A DNA stretch of 63,520 bases, filler included. It is 5 parts of 5 records of this genome, joined end to end, with 100 filler letters (N's around TTAATTAATTAA, not from the genome) between each part and the next. Parts side by side here need not be neighbours in the genome. Positions count along the whole stretch, not along the records: positions 1 to 16,292 come from SRR31156797_12728; 4 more parts are not named here. The stretch is one strand, 5' to 3'. A model generated the notes under the pieces. The model was not told the DNA's origin, did no database searches, and saw only the letters and a list, made by a program, of their open reading frames with translations. Positions 9,006 through 16,392 of this stretch are shown in pieces (the stretch's first letter is position 1; each line of letters opens with the position of its first letter). The translations under genes were made by a program, and so were the position numbers.

Positions 9006-10001
9006 TTACTCTCTCTTTTCTACTATAAAATTAAATTCTTCATGGGAAATACCACCTACAGAAACATGTAAATCAAAGTCTAAATTTAAATTATTAAAAG
9101 CTCTTTCAATATCTGCATTATCTATTTCCATATGGAAAGGTATTGACCAAACTAAGTATCCAGTAAAATTATCTTGATTCTCAGGTCTTTGTGATTTATT
9201 AATTAGTTTTGTTATATGTCCATTGTTTTCTATAAATAAGTCATTAATTAAAGTGTCAACATTTACTACCTCATTAATTGCCATACTTTCAATTTCTCTA
9301 GCTACTTGATTTATATCTCTACTTCTAGTAATTCCTGTAAGAGTTGATATAGAGATAAATTCTCCATCAAAAGAATCTTCTTTTCTTTCAATAAATTTAT
9401 CAATTTCTTTTAATATTTCTTTTAAATTGCTATATGTTAAATTTTCTACCTTAAGAGTTATTTTAAATATTTTATTTCGTAAAAAAGAATTTTCATTTAA
9501 TAGACTGTAAGCATCTAAATAGTCATATAATCTAGACATCCCAATATCATTAGATTCTTTAAATTTTACTTCAAAATTATGAACTTGACTATCCTTTTGC
9601 AATTTTAAATCACAAGAACCTTCTTCTCTTTCAAATTCTGCAACAGTATACCCTTTCTTTGATAAGTCTAGGTAAGTAAGAAATTCAACAAAAATAGAAT
9701 GAAGTTTTCGAGAAAGGTTTATTCCCTTTTCTCCTCTTATTTCATCAAATGCATCTTTAACTAAATCAATAGGAAGGAAATCATATTTACTTGGTAATAA
9801 CTCTTCTCCATATAAAATATTAAAAACTAAGTTTTTTGATAGTCCATTTAATAAGCTCTTTTCTTTTTCCTCAATTATATTTCCAACTAAAGCATGTGCA
9901 ATAATTTTATCTTTATCATTTAACTCTGATTCATCAATATTAAATTGTTCAATTTTTTCTACCCAATCATCAGGTAAAACTCTATTTTGTATCATTCTCA
10001 T
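9006..10001 (-). CDS. Hypothetical protein with a PD-(D/E)XK-like motif
   Basis: E...GSCDLKL...NFEVK pattern; RBS AAGGA. Confidence 0.6.
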   Translation of the reverse strand: MRMIQNRVLPDDWVEKIEQFNIDESELNDKDKIIAHALVGNIIEEKEKSLLNGLSKNLVFNILYGEELLPSKYDFLPIDLVKDAFDEIRGEKGINLSRKLHSIFVEFLTYLDLSKKGYTVAEFEREEGSCDLKLQKDSQVHNFEVKFKESNDIGMSRLYDYLDAYSLLNENSFLRNKIFKITLKVENLTYSNLKEILKEIDKFIERKEDSFDGEFISISTLTGITRSRDINQVAREIESMAINEVVNVDTLINDLFIENNGHITKLINKSQRPENQDNFTGYLVWSIPFHMEIDNADIERAFNNLNLDFDLHVSVGGISHEEFNFIVEKRE

Positions 10002-10151
10002 GGCTATCCTTTTTTATTGATGTAAGATTATATATCGTAATTCATTATAAAGATATTTCAAATAAATTAATTTTAACCTAAAAAGGTATACCTTTCCAGA
10101 TCCAAAGTGTATACCAAAAAGATTACACAAAAGAAATTTTAAAATTTTTTA

Positions 10152-10172
10152 TTTTTGGGCTTAATTAATTTT
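10152..10172 (+). repeat. 21-bp element, inverted copy of 12966-12986, upstream of a -10-like box
   Basis: TTTTTGGGCTTAATTAATTTT is the exact reverse complement of 12966-12986. Confidence 0.75.
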
Positions 10173-10219
10173 TAAATCTATGTCAAAATATATACATAAT
10201 TAAAACAAAGGAGCATATT

Positions 10220-10390
10220 ATGAAAATAGAAAAAAAAGAGTTAAGAGATGCAGCAGTTACAACAAAGCTTACAAAATCTCAAAAGGAAAAAATAGAAGAG
10301 TTATCAAAAGAGTATGATATAACAAGGTCAAATTTGTTAGCACAGCTTATTATGGAGGGATATAAACAAGCTACATCAAAAGAGTTATAG
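10220..10390 (+). CDS. Ribbon-helix-helix (CopG-like) protein, 56 aa, absent from the ORF track
   Basis: RBS AAGGAG; MKIEKKELRDAAVTTKLTKSQKEKIEELSKEYDITRSNLLAQLIMEGYKQATSKEL. Confidence 0.75.
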   Translation: MKIEKKELRDAAVTTKLTKSQKEKIEELSKEYDITRSNLLAQLIMEGYKQATSKEL

Positions 10391-10420
10391 CTAGATAACT
10401 ACTAGCTATTCTTTTATATT

Positions 10421-11269
10421 TTATGTTAATTGCCATTCCATATTTTCAAGTTTTGCACTATATATTCTTTCAATAAAACCAAGTTTTTCATAAAATTCAA
10501 TCAAATCTTTATTATCAAAATATTTATCTAAGAAATTGAATAGTCTGACAAATTCTTTAGCTCTTAATTCATTCTCTTTATTTGGAGCTTCGAATGTATG
10601 ATAAATAAAATCTAAACTGTTAATTGAAATCCCAAAACCACAACCTGAATTATCACAACAATAACATTCTCCTAAACTATGTCTATTTTCAGATATACAC
10701 CATTTACAAGCTCCTTCTCCTCCATAAGAAGAACAGTCTTCTAATGATACATATCCTCCTCCATATTCAGGACATGTGATTATTGATAATGAATCAGCCA
10801 TAGTTGCTCCACAAAAAGGACAACTACCATTTGAATAAAATTCAAGAAAACTTTCACTTACAGGTTCTATTTCTTGATTTGATTGTTGAGCGATTTTTAA
10901 TAATGATTGATATAATATTAAAGAACTTGTAAATTTATCTGTCTCAAATAAAACACTAGATTCACCTTCTTTTATTTTTTTAGGTTTATATAGATTTTGT
11001 GAACCAATAATAATTGTATTATCAATTAAATATATTTTGCCATGATAAAAGTCTTTATCAATTTTTATGCATTTTTCAGATGGAACAAAGTTACTATCAT
11101 TTCTTGATAAAAAGTAATAGAAAACATTTTCTGGAATAATTGATTTATAATGAATATAATCACTTCTTCCCCAATATGCAGAAGCTAAGAATACTCTTTC
11201 TTTTGCATTTTTAATTAAATCATCTAAAATATCCCAGAATTCACTACCATAAATCATTTTTATTTTCAT
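10421..11269 (-). CDS. Phospholipase D-family (HKD) nuclease with a Cys-rich C-terminal domain
   Basis: YHGKIYLID...IGSQN motif; CPFC, CKWC and CYCC clusters. Confidence 0.8.
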   Translation of the reverse strand: MKIKMIYGSEFWDILDDLIKNAKERVFLASAYWGRSDYIHYKSIIPENVFYYFLSRNDSNFVPSEKCIKIDKDFYHGKIYLIDNTIIIGSQNLYKPKKIKEGESSVLFETDKFTSSLILYQSLLKIAQQSNQEIEPVSESFLEFYSNGSCPFCGATMADSLSIITCPEYGGGYVSLEDCSSYGGEGACKWCISENRHSLGECYCCDNSGCGFGISINSLDFIYHTFEAPNKENELRAKEFVRLFNFLDKYFDNKDLIEFYEKLGFIERIYSAKLENMEWQLT

Positions 11270-11322
11270 AATATTACTTTCTTATTTAAAATACTAGAGT
11301 TTATCGTATAAAATATAAAAAA

Positions 11323-11457
11323 TTAATCTTCATCATCACTAAATAAGTACCACCAAAATATCCACCATTTTAATTCTTCATCTTCTGAATTTAAAAACCA
11401 ATTCCAAATAATCAAATAAAAAACTGACAATCCAATAGTCACAATTAATAATTCCAT
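11323..11457 (-). CDS. Small Trp-rich membrane peptide, 44 aa, absent from the ORF track
   Basis: MELLIVTIGLSVFYLIIWNWFLNSEDEELKWWIFWWYLFSDDED; RBS AAGG; fills the gap between two co-directional genes. Confidence 0.55.
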   Translation of the reverse strand: MELLIVTIGLSVFYLIIWNWFLNSEDEELKWWIFWWYLFSDDED

Positions 11458-11486
11458 TTTAAAGCCTTTATAGAGTAGCTAGTAAA

Positions 11487-11954
11487 TTAACTAGCTATTT
11501 TCCTTTTATTTTCTTTTTTCAAAGTCTCACAGCCATATTTAGCCTTTATATCGTCCATAGATTTTTGCTTTGGATTTCTGCCTTTCATTTCTCCGTAGTA
11601 CCACATCTTTTTTTTAGAAGCCCATTTAAAACCAAGCTCTTTTAATTTTTCTTTGATTTCTTTAGTATCTCCACTAACCCATATCCAAGAACCAACAAGC
11701 TCGATAGTAATATTTTCAAAGTGTAAAATAAGACTTATGATTTTTTCTAACTCTATATCTATTTTAATATCATTAGAGAAATAGATTTTATGCTCTATTA
11801 AATCAGTATAAACACTATTTAAAGTCTTAAACTCTTCTTCACTACCTCCAATGTCAGGATGAAGCTTTTTAGCTAATTTCTTATAGATTTTCTTTGCTTC
11901 ATTGATACCCTCAATACCTCTAAATTCATTTTGAATTTCTTCTTTTGTCATCAT
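11487..11954 (-). CDS. J-domain (DnaJ-like) protein of the mobile-element type
   Basis: YKKLAKKLHPDIGG (HPD motif); C-terminal GSWIWVSGDT...LGFKWASKKKMWY domain. Confidence 0.85.
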   Translation of the reverse strand: MMTKEEIQNEFRGIEGINEAKKIYKKLAKKLHPDIGGSEEEFKTLNSVYTDLIEHKIYFSNDIKIDIELEKIISLILHFENITIELVGSWIWVSGDTKEIKEKLKELGFKWASKKKMWYYGEMKGRNPKQKSMDDIKAKYGCETLKKENKRKIAS

Positions 11955-12008
11955 CTTAAATCCTTAAAATTGTTTTTGCCTTTTTGAAGATTCAGAGGGT
12001 TTGTTTTT

Positions 12009-12302
12009 CTCTTCTTTTTTAAATTTTAAGAAGTAAAAAAACTTAAGCTCTTTTTCTTTTAGGCTTTTGCCTCTTCGTTAGTTCATCGGGCTTTTTATGG
12101 ATTGTAATGATTAGCTTTTTACTTAGAGAAAAATAGAAATTAGAAGTATGAGGATTTTATTTTTATATCAGTAAATAAGATAATAAAGTGAAATGAGAGA
12201 AAAAGACTGAACTAATGAAGAGAACTAGCAAAATTAAAGAATAAAGTGTGATTAAAAGTTTTTCTTCTGTTGAGTAACAAAAATTTAAAAACTAAAGAAG
12301 AG
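12009..12302. promoter_or_regulatory. ~290-nt imperfect fold-back, candidate ssDNA promoter or single-strand origin
   Basis: Nested complementary blocks, e.g. 12009-12016 with 12295-12302 and 12071-12085 with 12208-12222. Confidence 0.55.
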
Positions 12303-12965
12303 TTAATATTTATTGATTTTAAATCAATTCAATTTCCAATTTTCGAGATTTTATATAAATCTAATAGTATACTATTATTATTTAATCCATTTCTGTCTAA
12401 GTATCAAATTCTGATTCACATAAACAAATTTCCGATATGTTATATTGAGGAAAGCTTTGCTTTTCTTTATTTATGTGAATGCAGAATTGCCCTATCGTAA
12501 AAGTACAATTCAACATAAACTGCCTAAAAACCTATGATTCAAAGATTTTTATATTATTTGATTAAATAAATTAATACATAGCAAGACGGCATCCCTTATC
12601 TCACTACAATGTTTCCATTAATAATAGAACTGCCTGTATCCTCTTCTTTAATAATACAAATGCGGGCATCTCCTGTGAACCCTAAAACCACCTACACAGG
12701 AACCATTGTCTATTTCCAAGCTATAAAGAACTAAATGTTCTCTTTCTTCAACCCATATCTTAGATAAAAGACTTAGGAGAGGACTTGGCACACCATTTAA
12801 AATGATGAAGATTTTTTTTGCATACAAAAATACCTTTGAGTCAATATGCCCTATTATAGAAGAGGTGACATATTGAGATATTTCTAGCTCTTTTAAAAAA
12901 TCTCAAAAAAAGCTTTTCATTTCAATCTATATTCCAATAGATAAAGTAATTATAAACCAAATTAG

Positions 12966-12986
12966 AAAATTAATTAAGCCCAAAAA
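12966..12986 (-). repeat. 21-bp element, inverted copy of 10152-10172, 11 nt upstream of a minus-strand TATAAT
   Basis: AAAATTAATTAAGCCCAAAAA; ATTATA at 12949-12954. Confidence 0.75.
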
Positions 12987-13020
12987 GGTATAAATTTCAA
13001 AATTTGTTAAAAGTTTAGAT

Positions 13021-13266
13021 TTAGTCGTCAAATTTGACTTCTAAATCTTCCCCTTGTATTACTTGAACTTCTTCCTTTTTCTCTTTCTCATCATCTAATA
13101 ATGAGCCTATCCCATAGATTGTGCCACCAGTTACCATTCCAAATGCAACACCAACAGGATGTCCACTTGCATGATTAGTCGCTAAGTTTCCACCAAATTT
13201 CTTCATTTGCTTTCCACTACAACCACTTAATGCAAGTAGTATCAAAATAGCTAATAGATATTTCAT
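13021..13266 (-). CDS. Small lipoprotein with a glycine-zipper-like segment
   Basis: Lipobox LSGC; GVAFGMVTGGTIYGIG. Confidence 0.75.
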   Translation of the reverse strand: MKYLLAILILLALSGCSGKQMKKFGGNLATNHASGHPVGVAFGMVTGGTIYGIGSLLDDEKEKKEEVQVIQGEDLEVKFDD

Positions 13267-13267
13267 A

Positions 13268-14197
13268 CTATTTATTAACTACTGATTTAATATAAGCTTT
13301 TAGCTGTGCAATATCTTTTTTATTAAAAGTTTCTCTTGAACTTGTAGAAACCATATACTTAATATTTGAACCATAAAGAACTTTTGAACCACCTCGATAT
13401 GGATATACTGCAAAACTAACTGGAATACCTACTTTTGAACCATTTACATTTTTATATAATACTGCATATATTTTTCCATTCTTTAACCTATAAAAGTGAT
13501 TACCTACAAATTGGTCTTTATCATTCCATTTAATATATTGACTTTTTAAACCTTTGAATAATACTCCATTATATCTGCTTCGCATCCAGTTACCAAATGT
13601 TGTTTCAAGATTTGTCTTAACTTCTTGCGGTGGTAGCTTTGAGATTACTTCTCCTGTAACTGTTACATCATTCTTATAAAAGTACATATCATCTAATCGT
13701 TGGAATGTTACTTGTGCATCATCGTTATATTCTTGAAGCACTTTATTTATTTTCATAGAGAATAATCCGCCTTTTTTTCTAAACTCAAAGTTATCTCTAT
13801 AAGTTAAGGTAATAGAGTTATCAGACTTATTTATCTTATAGTCATAATAAAATGTCATAAAGCCATCTCCACCACTTAGAACAATTTTATATGAAGTAGG
13901 AGTTTTAACTACACTATCTACATAATGGTCTTGAATTTTTACTTTTAAAAGCCAATCTATATCTTTACTAAAGTCATAAGTTGTAATGTCATACTCATTT
14001 GAAGCTTCACCATTAAAATCTGTTTTAGGTAATTTTAGAGTGACTGGCTTGTAATACTGTGAGTTTGTTTTATAGTTATCTACTTGAACCCTATCAAATG
14101 CTTTTGACTGCTTGATTTGTGCATTGTTTGCACAGCCACTAAATAAGACTGTTGCTGCAACAACTGCTACTGAAATTTTTACTATTTGGTTTTTCAT
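13268..14197 (-). CDS. Lipoprotein of unknown function
   Basis: Signal peptide with lipobox FSGC; RBS GAGGA. Confidence 0.8.
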   Translation of the reverse strand: MKNQIVKISVAVVAATVLFSGCANNAQIKQSKAFDRVQVDNYKTNSQYYKPVTLKLPKTDFNGEASNEYDITTYDFSKDIDWLLKVKIQDHYVDSVVKTPTSYKIVLSGGDGFMTFYYDYKINKSDNSITLTYRDNFEFRKKGGLFSMKINKVLQEYNDDAQVTFQRLDDMYFYKNDVTVTGEVISKLPPQEVKTNLETTFGNWMRSRYNGVLFKGLKSQYIKWNDKDQFVGNHFYRLKNGKIYAVLYKNVNGSKVGIPVSFAVYPYRGGSKVLYGSNIKYMVSTSSRETFNKKDIAQLKAYIKSVVNK

Positions 14198-14241
14198 TTA
14201 ATATCCTCTCAATAAATAATCAAAAAAATTTTAACTAATGT

Positions 14242-14276
14242 TACCATAGGGTATTATTAAATATTACCAATAGGTA
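14242..14276. promoter_or_regulatory. Twin palindromic operators TACC-N4-GGTA
   Basis: TACCatagGGTA at 14242-14253 and TACCaataGGTA at 14265-14276, between divergent genes. Confidence 0.6.
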
Positions 14277-14308
14277 TTATTATTTTACTAAAATTATTAG
14301 GACTAATA

Positions 14309-14560
14309 ATGTTAGTATCAGAAACTACAGAAGAAGAATCAAATAAATTTCATCAAAATATTTCAAAAAATGTAAGAAGAATCAGGAAAGAAAAACTATT
14401 GACTCAATTAGATGTGAGCCTTGCACTTGGTTTTTCAAACCCTTCATTTGTCACTAATGCAGAATCTGAGAAGTCAGATAAAAAGTTTAATTTGAATCAA
14501 TTACATAAACTATCTATTATCTTTGATGTTAATATTTGTGAATTTTTCAAGGATGATTAA
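14309..14560 (+). CDS. XRE-family HTH regulator
   Basis: VRRIRKEKLLTQLDVSLALGFSNPSFVTNAE...LSIIFDV. Confidence 0.88.
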   Translation: MLVSETTEEESNKFHQNISKNVRRIRKEKLLTQLDVSLALGFSNPSFVTNAESEKSDKKFNLNQLHKLSIIFDVNICEFFKDD

Positions 14561-15588
14561 TGAGCTTTTTTGATTTATTTAATGCAAGAATGTGGATTTT
14601 CTTTTTTGCACTTTATACAATATTTCTTTCTCGTTATTTCTTATCAAATGACATTCCTATACAATTTGATTCAAATATTTTTGTACTTATAGTTTTTTTC
14701 CCTATTCTCATTTTAATATTTGGTTTTTGTCTATATTTATTTTGTGGAATGATAGAGAGAGGATTTAGATTAAAGTATAATATTAAAGATGAAAGAGAAG
14801 ATAAACTTTTTAAATCTTTTGATGTATTAATGCCATACTTTGCTCCATTTATATTAATTATAGAATTGTTGAATATGAATGAAGAAAATATAAAACATAT
14901 GACATATTTAGTAATATCTATCCCCGCTTATTTATTTATTTTAATTGTAATATATTTAATATATAAAAAATTCAAAAATAAAAAAGCCATTTACATAAAC
15001 TCAATAATAATACCCTTATTCTTTTTTTACAGTATATTTAATGAGTTTGGTGCAATGCAAGTCTTTTTAATGTTTTTAGCTTTCTCAGGTTTTATCGCCT
15101 ATTTATATATTTATAAAAATGAAGAGTATGTTGCAGATAAGTTAAAGCTAGATTTTAAAAGTTCATATTTATATGAATATTTAAAGAGAAATACAGTTGA
15201 AGAAAATGGAATGATTTCTTTAATTATTCACTTTATTAATAGGTTCAATCTTTTCTTTTTGGCATTGAGCATTTTAATTCTTTTTTCATTATGGGACTCT
15301 ACTTTTAATAAAGCAAAAGTAAACGACTTTTTAACAAATTTTGTTTTAAAGACTACAAAAATAGGCTCATATAAAACTAGTCTTGTTATAGACAAAAAAT
15401 TAGTAACTGAGTTTGAAGAAAAAGCTTATAATAAAAATGAAGAAACTTTTACTATTGATGTAGATGTTATTTGGGAAAATGAAAAAGATATTTATATTAA
15501 ATATAATTCAAGAAGTATAAAAATACCACAAGAAAATGTACTTATGAATAAATACATAATCAATAAAAAGAATGAGAAAAAAGAATAG
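14560..15588 (+). CDS. Polytopic membrane protein of unknown function
   Basis: About 7 hydrophobic segments; TAATG coupling to the XRE gene. Confidence 0.75.
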   Translation: MSFFDLFNARMWIFFFALYTIFLSRYFLSNDIPIQFDSNIFVLIVFFPILILIFGFCLYLFCGMIERGFRLKYNIKDEREDKLFKSFDVLMPYFAPFILIIELLNMNEENIKHMTYLVISIPAYLFILIVIYLIYKKFKNKKAIYINSIIIPLFFFYSIFNEFGAMQVFLMFLAFSGFIAYLYIYKNEEYVADKLKLDFKSSYLYEYLKRNTVEENGMISLIIHFINRFNLFFLALSILILFSLWDSTFNKAKVNDFLTNFVLKTTKIGSYKTSLVIDKKLVTEFEEKAYNKNEETFTIDVDVIWENEKDIYIKYNSRSIKIPQENVLMNKYIINKKNEKKE

Positions 15589-15690
15589 TTTTGTTTTTCT
15601 CATAAGAATATAGCTCTAAATACTATATATTGGTACTTTATGAGCTTATATTAAGTTTTACATAAGAATAAGAGATTTTATAAAAGAAAA

Positions 15691-15709
15691 TGAGAAAAAA
15701 AATGAGAAA
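15691..15709 (+). repeat. Putative integrase arm-type sites (TGAGAAA x2)
   Basis: TGAGAAA at 15691 and 15703; an inverted TTTCTCA at 15596-15602. Confidence 0.45.
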
Positions 15710-15776
15710 ATGAGTTACCATTTAGTTGTCATAATGGTAAAAAATTGTCGAAAAAAGTTGATTCAAAAATTTAAAG

Positions 15777-15864
15777 TGGTGCGACTGAAAAGACTCGAAC
15801 TTTCAAGCTCATATCGAGCAGCAGGCCCTCAACCTACCGTGTTTACCAATTTCACCACAGTCGC
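15777..15864 (-). tRNA. Element-encoded complete tRNA-Leu(GAG), 88 nt
   Basis: GCGACTG/CAGTCGC acceptor, D-loop AAATTGGTA, GTAGG-TTGAGGG-CCTGC anticodon arm, GCTC/GAGC variable arm, GTTCGAGTC T-loop, encoded CCA. Confidence 0.93.
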
Positions 15865-15896
15865 ATTTTAACAATTCTAAATTTACTATTTTCGTT

Positions 15897-15935
15897 CCCT
15901 CAAGATGGCGTGTCTACCAATTTCACCACGGTCGC
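15897..15935 (-). pseudogene. 5' half of host tRNA-Leu(GAG), including the right att core 15897-15904
   Basis: GCGACCGTGGTGAAATTGGTAGACACGCCATCTTGAGGG, then non-tRNA sequence; pairs with the stems in 1-54. Confidence 0.92.
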
Positions 15936-15951
15936 AATTTTAAAGAGCGAA

Positions 15952-15957
15952 ATTATA
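15952..15957 (-). promoter_or_regulatory. -10 box (TATAAT) of the host tRNA-Leu promoter
   Basis: TATAAT 16 nt upstream of the tRNA 5' end. Confidence 0.6.
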
Positions 15958-16016
15958 GCTTTTTAATTTTGTGACAATGCTTAAAAAAGACATTATTTAT
16001 ACACTTTAGAGAGGAA

Positions 16017-16292
16017 TTATTCCTCTCTAAACTTTTTATCATTTACTTCATCCAAAATTGTTTTTGCAATATTTGCAGTATTTTCTGCAATTTCATGGGT
16101 TTGAGTTGCTACTGCAGCATTATTTTGAGATTGTCTATCAAGTCTTGTAACAACATCATTTATTTGTTCTATACTTGTTTTTTGTTCGCTTGAAGCTTCA
16201 GATATATCTTTGATTGCTTCTGTTGTTTTTTTGATATTTATGTTAAGGTTCTTATATCCTTCTATCATTTTATCAGCAGTTGCTTTACCATT
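16017..16292 (-). CDS. Methyl-accepting chemotaxis protein, C-terminal fragment (host gene cut by contig end)
   Basis: ISEASSEQKTSIEQINDVVTRLDRQSQNNAA, typical of an MCP methylation helix. Confidence 0.85.
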   Translation of the reverse strand, partial: NGKATADKMIEGYKNLNINIKKTTEAIKDISEASSEQKTSIEQINDVVTRLDRQSQNNAAVATQTHEIAENTANIAKTILDEVNDKKFREE

Positions 16293-16392
16293 NNNNNNNN
16301 NNNNNNNNNNNNNNNNNNNNNNNNNNNNNNNNNNNNTTAATTAATTAANNNNNNNNNNNNNNNNNNNNNNNNNNNNNNNNNNNNNNNNNNNN
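16293..16392. other. Artificial contig spacer
   Basis: N44-TTAATTAATTAA-N44 with an abrupt GC shift across it. Confidence 0.97.

Larger units (their letters stand above)
47..15904. mobile_element. Integrative element/genomic island (~15.9 kb) inserted in the tRNA-Leu(GAG) anticodon loop
   Basis: 8-bp direct repeat CCCTCAAG at 47-54 and 15897-15904. Joining the flanks rebuilds an 85-nt tRNA-Leu. A tyrosine integrase lies next to the left end. Confidence 0.92.

Noticed and set aside
12270-12500. 76-aa plus-strand ORF
   Set aside because: TTG start without an RBS, and it overlaps the fold-back arm; likely a chance ORF in AT-rich DNA.
47-15904. The element as a prophage or self-transmissible ICE
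   Set aside because: No capsid, terminase, tail or T4SS genes are recognisable; at most it is a mobilisable or satellite-type island.
16337-16348. TTAATTAATTAA palindrome repeated four times in the window
   Set aside because: An artificial all-frame stop linker inside the N spacers.
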